A stretch of DNA of 64,000 nt from Candidatus Latescibacterota bacterium (GTDB lineage: Bacteria; Latescibacterota; UBA2968; UBA8231). The translations under genes were made by a program, and so were the position numbers. This document shows, piece by piece, positions 1 through 8,484 of this stretch. Location of the stretch: assembly GCA_965206595.1 (NCBI GenBank), contig OZ242214.1, forward strand, positions 6,144,001 to 6,208,000. The letters run 5' to 3'. The notes beneath the pieces were generated by a model, which saw only the letters and a program-made list of their open reading frames with translations, had not been told where the DNA came from and did not search any database. The first letter of the stretch is position 1. The number at the start of each line of letters is the position of its first letter.

Positions 1-59
1 CGAGTATCGCCGAGAACTCGCTGGAGTGGTGGGTGCGCGCCGAGGACCGCCAGTACTGA
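1..59 (+). CDS. 3' end of upstream gene (partial), probably an oligopeptide ABC substrate-binding protein
   Basis: Frame from position 3 reads SIAENSLEWWVRAEDRQY* (TGA 57-59) and abuts the next ATG; lies upstream of oppB/oppC-like genes. Product inferred from context only. Confidence 0.4.
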   Translation, partial: SIAENSLEWWVRAEDRQY

Positions 60-60
60 G

Positions 61-1101
61 ATGACGGATACCCGGGGAACCGCAAGGAATCGGCGAAGGG
101 CGGCGTTGGCCCTGCTGTGTCTCGCCGCGGCGATCGCGCTCGGCTGCCAGGGATCGGCCCTCACGGGGGCGAAACTGTACCTGAAGCAGGGGGATCCGGA
201 GAAGGCGAAAGAGCAACTGATGCTGGCCCTCGAAACGGAGCCGGGCAATCCGGAGGTTCATTTTCTGCTGGGACGACTCTACGGTGACCAGGGGGAATAC
301 GCGTCGATGTCCGAGTCGTTCGACCGGTCGCTCGAACAATCGGATGATTTCCGCCCTCAAATAGAGCAGCTCCGTCGCCAGTATTGGACGCGCCTGTATA
401 ACGAAGGGGTCGAGCGCGCCACCGCCGAGTCCCCGGATTTCACCGCGGCGGCGGCATCGTTCAAGCTTGCGACGGCAGTCGATCCGGAACCCCTCGACGC
501 CTGGCGCAATCTCGCCTACTCGCACTACCGCCTGCGCGATCTGGATGGCGCCATACAGGCTTACGACTTCGTGGCCACTAGGGCCCCGGAGGACAGTTCG
601 ACCTTTCAAAGCCTCGGGATGCTCTATCTCGAGAAAGGGGATCTCACCTCTGCGGAACGCACCTTCGAGCAGCTGCTCGAGTCCAATCCCCGGCACTTGG
701 GAGCCCTGAGCAGCCTGGCTTCCGTCTACATGGACAGCGAGCGCTACAGCGACGCCGAGGCCGCTTTCGGAAGGGCCCTCGAGGCGGCTCCCGATGTCTG
801 GCAGACACACTTCAACCTCGGCAATCTCTACTGGAAACAGGATCGCTTCGACAGTGCCCGGGACGCCTATCTCCGGGCACTGGAGCTGAATCCGGACGAC
901 ACCGACATCCGCTTCAACCTCGCCCTCACCTACCTCGCTCTCGAGAGTACGGACGAGGCCCTGCCCCATCTCGAGGGGCTGTCGCGGAGGACCCCCGATA
1001 ACGCCACCGTCTGGCGCGAGCTCGGTCGCGTCTATGCCCTCCAGGAGCGCATCGAAGAAAGCGAAGCCGCCTACGACACCGCCGCAGCCCTCGAAGAGTG
1101 A
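61..1101 (+). CDS. TPR-repeat lipoprotein
   Basis: Signal peptide with lipobox-like ALGC; many TPR units (e.g. PEVHFLLGRLY, AWRNLAYSHY, THFNLGNLY, IRFNLALTY). Confidence 0.85.
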   Translation: MTDTRGTARNRRRAALALLCLAAAIALGCQGSALTGAKLYLKQGDPEKAKEQLMLALETEPGNPEVHFLLGRLYGDQGEYASMSESFDRSLEQSDDFRPQIEQLRRQYWTRLYNEGVERATAESPDFTAAAASFKLATAVDPEPLDAWRNLAYSHYRLRDLDGAIQAYDFVATRAPEDSSTFQSLGMLYLEKGDLTSAERTFEQLLESNPRHLGALSSLASVYMDSERYSDAEAAFGRALEAAPDVWQTHFNLGNLYWKQDRFDSARDAYLRALELNPDDTDIRFNLALTYLALESTDEALPHLEGLSRRTPDNATVWRELGRVYALQERIEESEAAYDTAAALEE

Positions 1102-1164
1102 TCTGGAGAAGCGGTCCATTCTCCGACCCCGTGGCACTGCCAGCGGCGCGGCGATGATCGGGAG

Positions 1165-2268
1165 ATGATCCAGTACACGATCCAGCGTCTTCTGCTGGCG
1201 ATTCCGACACTAGTTGGGATCACCGTCATTTCGTTCCTGATCATGCACCTCGCTCCGGGGGATCCGGTGGATCTTTTCCTTGGGGGGGCAGCCGGCGGAG
1301 AGGGGTTGTCCACCGACCAGCGGGACCAGTTGGAGCGAACCCGCGCCGACCTGCGTCGGCAACTGGGACTCGACCGTCCGCTGTACGAACAGTACGCGCG
1401 CTGGATGTCGCGTCTTGTGCTCGCCGTCGAGTCCGTCGAAACGGGGGAGTACGACGGCGCCGGGATCGTGCTCTACGAGGGTTCGGGGTTGCTGCTTGCA
1501 ACCCTGGATTTCGGCCGTTCCTTCAAGGATCAGCAGCCGGTCATAGAGCACATAGCCAGCCGCCTGCCGATCACCGTCGAGATCGGCGTCATCAGTCTCG
1601 TCGTCGCCTACCTCATCGGGGTCCCGCTCGGAGTGCTTCTGGCTTCCAGACAGGACAGCACGCTCGATCGCGTCCTCACTGCAGGCACCTTCATGCTGTG
1701 GTCGATGCCGTCGTTCTGGGTCGGGATGCTGTTTATCATGTTCCTCTGCAACGAGGAGTTCCTGCACTGGTTTCCGGCATCCGGTATCGTCTCGCTCGAG
1801 GCTTCCGGAGACTGGGGGTTCTGGCGGATCCTGAAAGATCACGCCCACCACATGGTGCTTCCGGTGCTGGCCTCGTCGTACGCCAGCTTTGCCGGTATCT
1901 CGCGCTACATGCGAACAAGCATGCTCGAGAACATCCGCCTTGACTATGTGCGCACGGCCCGGGCAAAGGGATTGGCGGAGCGCTTGGTGCTCCTGCGCCA
2001 CGTCCTCCGCAACTCCCTCATTCCGATCGTGACCTTGATGGCCGGGCTGCTTCCCGGGTTGATCGCCGGATCGGTGTTCATCGAGACGATCTTCACGATT
2101 CCCGGGCTGGGTTTCCTCGGGTTTCAGTCCGTCATCGTACGCGACTACCCGATGGTCATGGCGATTCTCACCATCGGGTCGGCGCTGTCGCTGTTCGGCA
2201 TTCTCGCCGCCGACGTGCTTCTGAGGGCGATCGACCCGCGCATCGATTTCTCGCGAGTACCAGAGTAG
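1165..2268 (+). CDS. oppB: Oligopeptide/dipeptide ABC transporter permease (OppB/DppB family)
   Basis: N-terminal YTIQRLL...LAPGDP, DFGRSF, EAA-like DYVRTARAKGL, C-terminal RDYP...DPRI. Confidence 0.9.
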   Translation: MIQYTIQRLLLAIPTLVGITVISFLIMHLAPGDPVDLFLGGAAGGEGLSTDQRDQLERTRADLRRQLGLDRPLYEQYARWMSRLVLAVESVETGEYDGAGIVLYEGSGLLLATLDFGRSFKDQQPVIEHIASRLPITVEIGVISLVVAYLIGVPLGVLLASRQDSTLDRVLTAGTFMLWSMPSFWVGMLFIMFLCNEEFLHWFPASGIVSLEASGDWGFWRILKDHAHHMVLPVLASSYASFAGISRYMRTSMLENIRLDYVRTARAKGLAERLVLLRHVLRNSLIPIVTLMAGLLPGLIAGSVFIETIFTIPGLGFLGFQSVIVRDYPMVMAILTIGSALSLFGILAADVLLRAIDPRIDFSRVPE

Positions 2269-2275
2269 GTCCAGG

Positions 2276-3340
2276 GTGGGAACTCCGCGACAGACAGAAG
2301 AAGGCGCCCGAGCCGACCACCCCTTCCCTACCGCGGCCAGCCAGTCCTACAGCCGTTTCGTCATCCGGCAGTTCGCCAGGAACCGGGTGGCGGTATGGGC
2401 ATCCTTCGGCATCGCCGCCCTGGCGCTGGTAGCGGTCGCCGCCGACCTGATTGCCGGGAACAAGCCTTATTACATGGAATACCGCGGCAAGACGTACTTC
2501 CCCGCCTTTCGCCAGTACGCTGTTCAGGCCGGACTGATGGAATGGCCGCCGGAGCTGCGGCGCAGGCGCAACTTGAAGAGGTTGCAGGTCGAAGCCGCCC
2601 TGTATCCGCCGATTCCGTACGGCCCGGGGGAGATCCGGCTCGGGGAGAAATACCAGGAGCCGGGAGCCGAGCACTGGCTCGGAACCGATCGCCTGGGGCG
2701 AGACGTGCTGTCCGGGTTGATTCACGGGTGCCGCTATGCCCTGGTCATCGGCCTGGTGTCCGTAGGCATCTCGTTGATCGTCGGGGTTGTGCTCGGCGCC
2801 TTGGCCGGGTACTTCGGGGGATGGCTCGATCTGCTGTTGTCCCGGTTATTCGAGCTCTGGGCAGCCATTCCGGCGATATTCCTGATCATTGCAGTTGCCG
2901 CCTTCTTCCCGCCCAGTCTGATCTTCATCATGGTCATCATCGGCCTGATGAACTGGGTGCCGATCGCCCGCCTGACCCGCTCGCAGTTCCTGCAGGTGCG
3001 CAGCTTCGACTACGTCGCCGCGGCGAGATCGCTGGGTTGCTCGAGCCGCCGCATCATGGCACGGCATATACTGCCCAATGCGATCGCACCGGTCCTGATA
3101 CCGGCAGCCTTCGGTATTGCGGGTGCCATCCTCGCCGAATCGGGGCTCAGCTTTCTCGGCATCGGCGTCCCTGCAGAGGCGATCACCTGGGGGTCCATTC
3201 TCGCCGGAGCCCGCAGCAATGCCTCCGCCTGGTGGCTGGTGGTTGTGCCGGGAATGGCGATTTTCGCGACGGTGACGATGTACAACCTGCTAGGCGACGG
3301 CCTGCGGGACGCGCTCGATCCGAAGATGCGCGGGAACTGA
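2276..3340 (+). CDS. oppC: Oligopeptide/dipeptide ABC transporter permease (OppC/DppC family)
   Basis: HWLGTDRLGRDV, DYVAAARSLG, HILPNA, NLLGDGLRDALDPK motifs. Confidence 0.9.
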   Translation: MGTPRQTEEGARADHPFPTAASQSYSRFVIRQFARNRVAVWASFGIAALALVAVAADLIAGNKPYYMEYRGKTYFPAFRQYAVQAGLMEWPPELRRRRNLKRLQVEAALYPPIPYGPGEIRLGEKYQEPGAEHWLGTDRLGRDVLSGLIHGCRYALVIGLVSVGISLIVGVVLGALAGYFGGWLDLLLSRLFELWAAIPAIFLIIAVAAFFPPSLIFIMVIIGLMNWVPIARLTRSQFLQVRSFDYVAAARSLGCSSRRIMARHILPNAIAPVLIPAAFGIAGAILAESGLSFLGIGVPAEAITWGSILAGARSNASAWWLVVVPGMAIFATVTMYNLLGDGLRDALDPKMRGN

Positions 3341-3432
3341 CTCTGGAAAGAGGGACTGGCGGCGGCCGGTCCGGCCTGATATCCAGGATCTGCCCTGTAT
3401 GCAGGTGGAAGATTCCCGGGGTGGAAGCTCGC

Positions 3433-4710
3433 CTACAGAAAGTCCGGGATGATCTCGTTTTCCAGCATCTGCTCGAGCGTCTGCCGCCGGCGCAGCAGAT
3501 GCAGTTCGCCGGCCTTGTCGAGCAGGACCTCGGGAGCTTCCGGGAAGGAATTGTAGTTCTTGGCCGCCATGCCGGCGCAGTAGGCGCCGCTGCCGCCGAT
3601 GACGACGGCGTCGCCGATCTGTGCCTCGGTAAGCGGACGCGGCTGCAGACCCTCGGGATTTCCCGTTTCCGGGGTCAGGACATCGCCGCTTTCACAGCAA
3701 TGGCCGACCACCAGGTACTGCGCGCGCGCCCTCGGCTCCTCCGAGGCCGGGACAACGGCGATCGGGTGCTGGGCTCCGTACATGCTGGGCCGCAGCACTT
3801 CCGTCATTCCGGAGTCGACTTTGATGAACGAGTACCCCTCTTTGCCGGTATTCACGACATCGACGACGGAGCAGACGATCGCCCCGGCGTTGGCTGTGAA
3901 ATAGGTACCCGGCTCGATCTCGAGATGCAGCCGTCTGCCGGAATTGGCGGCAAAACGCCGGAACTCTTCGGCGACCGGTTCGCCGGCCACCGCCAGATCC
4001 GTGAAGACCTCGCCGGGGACGCGGCCCACCTTGAAGCCTCCGCCGAGGTTGACGGTGGCTACCTCGGGCAGCAGGGCGGCGATTCCGAGGGTCATCTTGG
4101 CGCAGCGCTGCCAGACCTCGGGATCGCTGCCGGACCCGACGTGGGAGTGGAGCAGACTAATGCGCAGCCCGTGGTCGCGCTGCAGGACCTCGACCTGGTC
4201 GAGCTGGGCGTGCCAGATGCCGAAACTGGCGGAAGGGCCGCCGACGTTGGTGCGGTTGCTGTGTCCGGAACCAAGTCCCGGGTTGAAGCGCACACCGAGT
4301 TCGCTGCCGGGAAAGCGGCTCCCGAAACAGGCGAGCTGGTGCAGGGAACAGGCGTTGAAGCGGATTCCCATGGAAGCCAGATCCTCGAAATCGCCGGGAA
4401 GTTGCTGAGCGGTCAGAAGAATCTGCCCAGGCTCCACCCCCGCCTCGAGAGCGCGGCGGACCTCCCATCCGCTGCTGGCGTCGATCTGCAGCCCCGCCCG
4501 GTTCAAGACGCGGATGACCCCGGCATTCGGGCAGGCTTTCATCGCGTAGCGCACCGTAAGCCCGAAGGCGTTGGGAAACTCGAGCGCAGCCCGGGCCTGG
4601 GCTTCGAGTGCGTCCTGATCGTAGACGAACACCGGGGTGCCGAAGCGCTCGCGGATGTTGCGAACCTGCTCCTCATCGAGAAACGAACCGGTCGTCGGGG
4701 AACTGTTCAT
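3433..4710 (-). CDS. lysA: Diaminopimelate decarboxylase
   Basis: GTPVFVYD, PLP lysine in YAMKAC, HSHVGS, NLGGG, EPG, CCESGD, GAYC...NYNS motifs. Confidence 0.9.
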   Translation of the reverse strand: MNSSPTTGSFLDEEQVRNIRERFGTPVFVYDQDALEAQARAALEFPNAFGLTVRYAMKACPNAGVIRVLNRAGLQIDASSGWEVRRALEAGVEPGQILLTAQQLPGDFEDLASMGIRFNACSLHQLACFGSRFPGSELGVRFNPGLGSGHSNRTNVGGPSASFGIWHAQLDQVEVLQRDHGLRISLLHSHVGSGSDPEVWQRCAKMTLGIAALLPEVATVNLGGGFKVGRVPGEVFTDLAVAGEPVAEEFRRFAANSGRRLHLEIEPGTYFTANAGAIVCSVVDVVNTGKEGYSFIKVDSGMTEVLRPSMYGAQHPIAVVPASEEPRARAQYLVVGHCCESGDVLTPETGNPEGLQPRPLTEAQIGDAVVIGGSGAYCAGMAAKNYNSFPEAPEVLLDKAGELHLLRRRQTLEQMLENEIIPDFL

Positions 4711-4798
4711 GAGTGTCGTATCTTACTATTTTTATTGAACGTTGGTGACTTCATGGGCACCGTCCGAGTATCGCCCCGGGCTTAGAATCCGTCAAGAC

Positions 4799-6622
4799 AT
4801 GGCCGTTGACATCCTCGGGATTTCCGCCTTCTACCACGACAGCGCCGCATGCCTGCTACGCGACGGAGAGATCATCGCCGCCGCCCAGGAAGAGCGCTTC
4901 TCGCGGGTGAAGCACGACCCCGGTTTTCCCTCGCAGGCGGTTCGCTACTGTCTCCGCGAAGGCGGGATCGGAGCTGCCGATCTCGAATGCGTCGGTTTTT
5001 ACGACAAGCCGCTGCTTACCTTCGAGCGCCTGCTCGAAACCCATCTCAGCACGGCGCCGATCGGCATCCGGCTGTTCTGGAAGTCGATGCAGGTGTGGCT
5101 CAAGAAGAAGCTCTGGATTCCGCAGCTGATACAAAAGGAGCTCGGCCGCGACGTTCCCGTCCTGTTCGGATACCACCACGAGTCGCACGCGGCCAGCGCC
5201 TTCTATCCCTCCCCCTATGACGAGGCCGCCATCATCACCCTCGACGGAGTGGGTGAGTGGACGACGACGAGCTACGGCTTCGGGCGCGGCGCCGAGGTGC
5301 ACTCGCTTGCCGAGATGAACTTCCCGCATTCGCTGGGACTGCTTTACAGCGCCCTGACCTATTTCGCCGGCTTCAAGCCGAACTCGGGAGAGTACAAACT
5401 CATGGGGTTGGCGCCCTACGGCGAGCCGAAGTACGCCGGGCGCCTGCTCGACCAAGTGATCGACCTCGCCTCAGACGGTTCGTTCCGCCTCGACATGAAG
5501 TTCTTCAACTACCTTTCGGGCCTCACCATGACCTCGCCTGCGATGGCTGACCTTCTCGACGGTCCCCCCAGGCCCGCGGAGAGCCTGATCACCCAACGGG
5601 AAATGGATATCGCCCGCTCCTGCCAGGTGGTGACGGAGGAGGTGATGCTGCGGATGGCCCGGCAGGTGCACGCCGAGACCGGTATGTCGAAGCTCTGTCT
5701 GGCGGGCGGTGTGGCATTGAACTGCGTCGGCAACGGCCGCATCCTGCGCGAGGGACCATTCGACGACATCTGGGTCCAGCCGGCCGCCGGGGATGCCGGG
5801 GGAGCGCTCGGCGTAGCGTTGTCGATATGGCATCGCCACCTCGGCAACGAGCGCACCGCGGACGGCGCACGCGATGCCATGAAGGGAGCCCACCTCGGTC
5901 CGGCTTACGGCGACGAGGAGATCGCCGACTATCTCGAACGCGTCGAGGCCCCAGCCCGGCGCCGGTCCGCGGAGGAGCTTTCTGCGGACGTCGCCGAGCT
6001 CCTCGACGAAGGCATGGTGATCGGCTGGTTCTGCGGCCGCATGGAGTTCGGGCCACGGGCCCTCGGGGCCCGAAGCATCCTCGGGGATCCGCGCTCACCG
6101 AGGATGCAGTCCCGGATGAATCTCAAGATCAAATACCGGGAGAGCTTTCGGCCTTTCGCTCCGAGCGTGCTGCGCGAGCACGTCGCCGACTACTTCGAAC
6201 TCGATGCCGACTCACCCTACATGCTTATGGTCGCGCCGGTGCGGGAAGATCGGCGTCTCCCGATATCGGAAGAACAGCGCCAACTCTTCGGAATCGAGCG
6301 GCTGAAGGTCCCGCGTTCCGAGATCCCGGCAGTAACCCATGTCGACTACTCGGCGCGCATACAGACGGTGGCGCGAGAGGACAATCCCCCCTATTACGAC
6401 CTCATCCGGGCTTTTTTCAGCCGTACAGGCTGCCCTCTGGTAGTAAACACTTCGTTCAATGTTCGCGGCGAGCCGATAGTCAATACCCCGGAAGAGGCCT
6501 ACCGCTGTTTCATGCGCACCGAGATGGACTACCTGGTACTCGGCAGCTTCCTGCTCGACAGGCGGGAGCAGCCAGCCTGGGTAGAGGGGCAGTCCTGGCA
6601 GCAGGAGTTCGCACCGGACTGA
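4799..6622 (+). CDS. O-carbamoyltransferase (NodU/CmcH/SxtI family)
   Basis: ILGISAFYHDSAAC, AQEERFSR, HHESHAASA, DGVGE, GEYKLMGLAPYG, GRMEFGPRALG, NTSFNVRGEP. ATG at 4799 preferred over the track start. Confidence 0.92.
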   Translation: MAVDILGISAFYHDSAACLLRDGEIIAAAQEERFSRVKHDPGFPSQAVRYCLREGGIGAADLECVGFYDKPLLTFERLLETHLSTAPIGIRLFWKSMQVWLKKKLWIPQLIQKELGRDVPVLFGYHHESHAASAFYPSPYDEAAIITLDGVGEWTTTSYGFGRGAEVHSLAEMNFPHSLGLLYSALTYFAGFKPNSGEYKLMGLAPYGEPKYAGRLLDQVIDLASDGSFRLDMKFFNYLSGLTMTSPAMADLLDGPPRPAESLITQREMDIARSCQVVTEEVMLRMARQVHAETGMSKLCLAGGVALNCVGNGRILREGPFDDIWVQPAAGDAGGALGVALSIWHRHLGNERTADGARDAMKGAHLGPAYGDEEIADYLERVEAPARRRSAEELSADVAELLDEGMVIGWFCGRMEFGPRALGARSILGDPRSPRMQSRMNLKIKYRESFRPFAPSVLREHVADYFELDADSPYMLMVAPVREDRRLPISEEQRQLFGIERLKVPRSEIPAVTHVDYSARIQTVAREDNPPYYDLIRAFFSRTGCPLVVNTSFNVRGEPIVNTPEEAYRCFMRTEMDYLVLGSFLLDRREQPAWVEGQSWQQEFAPD

Positions 6623-7107
6623 TGCCGGCCACGAACGGGGGCCCAGCCGCGAAGGGGAAGCATTCCTTCTGGATGATTCCGGCGCCTGCCGCGGGGCAGC
6701 TGCGCAGCTTTGGATTACTGATGGCGGCCGCCAGCGCATGTGCAGGAGGGGGTCTGTGGTTCCTTCAGTCACAGCCGGAGGCGCTGTGGGCCGGAGGCCT
6801 GGCCGTCTGGCTGCTGGCATGCGCCATGTTCTGGCTAGGGCCGCTGCGGCCTCTCTACCTCGTCTGGATGACGCTGGCAAGAGTTCTGGGGTTCGTCAAC
6901 TCTCACCTGCTTCTTGCCCTGGTTTTCTACTCGATTTTCACCGCGTTCGGGCTGATCATGCGCTTGGTGCGCTACGATCCCCTGCAGAAAGCCGGATCCG
7001 AGGAGGTGGGGCATGACCGGATCGACAGCGGCGAAGGAGAGAGGTCCTACTGGTTGAAGCGGGAGAATCCACTGCACTCCCGCGACCATTTTCAGCGTCA
7101 ATTTTGA
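6622..7107 (+). CDS. SxtJ-family membrane protein
   Basis: ATG overlaps the carbamoyltransferase stop; LRSFGL..., PLYLVWMTLARVLGFVNSHLLLALVFY, DPL, SYW and C-terminal RQF are typical of SxtJ. This is the 3' part of track ORF 5827..7107. Confidence 0.8.
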   Translation: MPATNGGPAAKGKHSFWMIPAPAAGQLRSFGLLMAAASACAGGGLWFLQSQPEALWAGGLAVWLLACAMFWLGPLRPLYLVWMTLARVLGFVNSHLLLALVFYSIFTAFGLIMRLVRYDPLQKAGSEEVGHDRIDSGEGERSYWLKRENPLHSRDHFQRQF

Positions 7108-7185
7108 ACGCGCGAGCAGTCGTAACTGTTTCTCCAGCTTGGCTCTACGCGGGCATTGGAGGGCTGCGCGCCACCTTCGGCGCTG

Positions 7186-7214
7186 TTGAAACCAAGCGCC
7201 GGTTCGGTTATATT
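7186..7214 (+). promoter_or_regulatory. Putative sigma70 promoter for the tadA-tRNA-SRP region
   Basis: TTGAAA (7186-7191), 17-nt spacer, TATATT (7209-7214) in an AT-rich patch. Confidence 0.55.
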
Positions 7215-7285
7215 AATTACCCTTTTGGAAGTCTTCTTCCCCAGCCCCCTCACCGGCCGTACCAGGGCAAGGGGGCAGTCGAACG

Positions 7286-7777
7286 ATGGCGTCGGAAGCA
7301 GCTGAAATGGACGGGCTCGATCGGCATTGGATGAGGGAGGCCGTCGAGTTGGCCGAGAGGGCGGCGGGTGCTGCGGAAGTGCCGGTCGGAGCCGTGCTCG
7401 TCAGCGGTGACAGGATAATCGGGCGGGGCTCCAACCGCGTAGAATCGACTCGCGATCCGACGGCACATGCCGAGATGATCGCAATCCGCGAGGCGGTTTC
7501 CGCCGCGGGTTCTCGACACCTTGACGATACTGTGTTGTACGTAACGCTGGAGCCCTGCGCCATGTGTGCAGGGGCTCTGGTCCTGGCACGCGTTTCGCGG
7601 CTGGTTTTCGGAGCTTGCGACCCGAAAGCCGGCGCCTGTGGAAGTGTCAGGGATGTCGTCCGGGACCCCCGCCTGAACCACACATGCGAGGTGCGCGGGG
7701 GCGTGTTGCAGGCGGAGTCCAGCGCCCTTCTCAGGTGCTTTTTCCGGCAGCTGAGAAGGGGTGAATGCAGGGATTGA
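7286..7777 (+). CDS. tadA: tRNA adenosine(34) deaminase
   Basis: EVPVGAV, DPTAHAE, TLEPCAMCAGA, DPKAGA, LNH motifs. Confidence 0.93.
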   Translation: MASEAAEMDGLDRHWMREAVELAERAAGAAEVPVGAVLVSGDRIIGRGSNRVESTRDPTAHAEMIAIREAVSAAGSRHLDDTVLYVTLEPCAMCAGALVLARVSRLVFGACDPKAGACGSVRDVVRDPRLNHTCEVRGGVLQAESSALLRCFFRQLRRGECRD

Positions 7778-7781
7778 TTTT

Positions 7782-7868
7782 GGAGAGGTGCCTGAGTGGA
7801 CGAAAGGGGCGGTCTCGAAAACCGTTGTGGCCGTCAGGTCACCGTGGGTTCGAATCCCACCCTCTCCG
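7782..7868 (+). tRNA. tRNA-Ser(CGA)
   Basis: GGAGAGG/CCTCTCC acceptor stem, anticodon loop CTCGAAA, long variable arm, GGTTCGAATCC T-arm; CCA not encoded. Confidence 0.95.
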
Positions 7869-7933
7869 AAGATTGCATCAAAACAGAGTACCGACAGCGG
7901 CACGCAGTCGGGTCGCCGTCAAGCCGAAGCGTC

Positions 7934-8024
<91 letters not shown>

Positions 8025-8040
8025 GCATTGAGGGTTGCGT

Positions 8041-8116
8041 GGGGCAGTAGCTCAGTAGGGAGAGCGCCAGGTTCGCAATCTGGAGGTCGTGGGTTCGATT
8101 CCCATCTGCTCCACCA
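8041..8116 (+). tRNA. tRNA-Ala(CGC)
   Basis: GGGGCAG/CTGCTCC acceptor with the G3:U70 identity pair, anticodon loop TTCGCAA, ends ACCA. Confidence 0.95.
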
Positions 8117-8183
8117 ATTTCTTTGCCGCATTCCGTATTTCGTCCCGCCCGTTTCTCGTCTGTCGGCGGGGCATTGAGCATCA

Positions 8184-8454
8184 GGTCGTGCTAGATGGGG
8201 AGTTAGCGGTGCCCTGTGACCCGCAATCCGCTACAGCGGGATCGAAGTCCCATCCGAGGCCCCAGCGTCTCTCAATCGTCCGATGAGAAGTGGCGTCGAA
8301 AGCCAGATTCCGCGCAACGGAAGGTTTCCGAACCCCGTCAGGACCGGAAGGTAGCAGCGGTAGGAACGCCATTGCGTGTGCCGCGGAGCCGTCTGGCTGG
8401 AGCCAACTGGCATCGGCCGAAACGGAGGCCGGGTTCGAAGATGGGTGCACGACC
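8184..8454 (+). ncRNA. ffs: Signal recognition particle RNA, large (Alu-domain) bacterial type
   Basis: Terminal helix GGTCGTGC/GCACGACC, Alu-like GGGGAGTTAGCGGTGCCCTGT..CCCGCAATCCGCT..AGCGG, helix-8 motif TCAGGACCGGAAGGTAGCAG, followed by a T-run; directly upstream of dnaX. Confidence 0.92.
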
Positions 8455-8484
8455 TTTTTTTAACCCGAAGAATCGCGACCCGAA

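Noticed and set aside
2395-4785. Long alternative-frame ORFs (e.g. 2395..4785, 9920..11530, 13037..14680, 21976..23928)
   Set aside because: They overlap well-supported genes and are Arg/Pro/Gly-rich shadows typical of high-GC DNA.
4799-7107. Saxitoxin biosynthesis cluster
   Set aside because: Only sxtI/sxtJ-like genes are present; no sxtA, sxtG, sxtB or other core genes, and these families are widespread.
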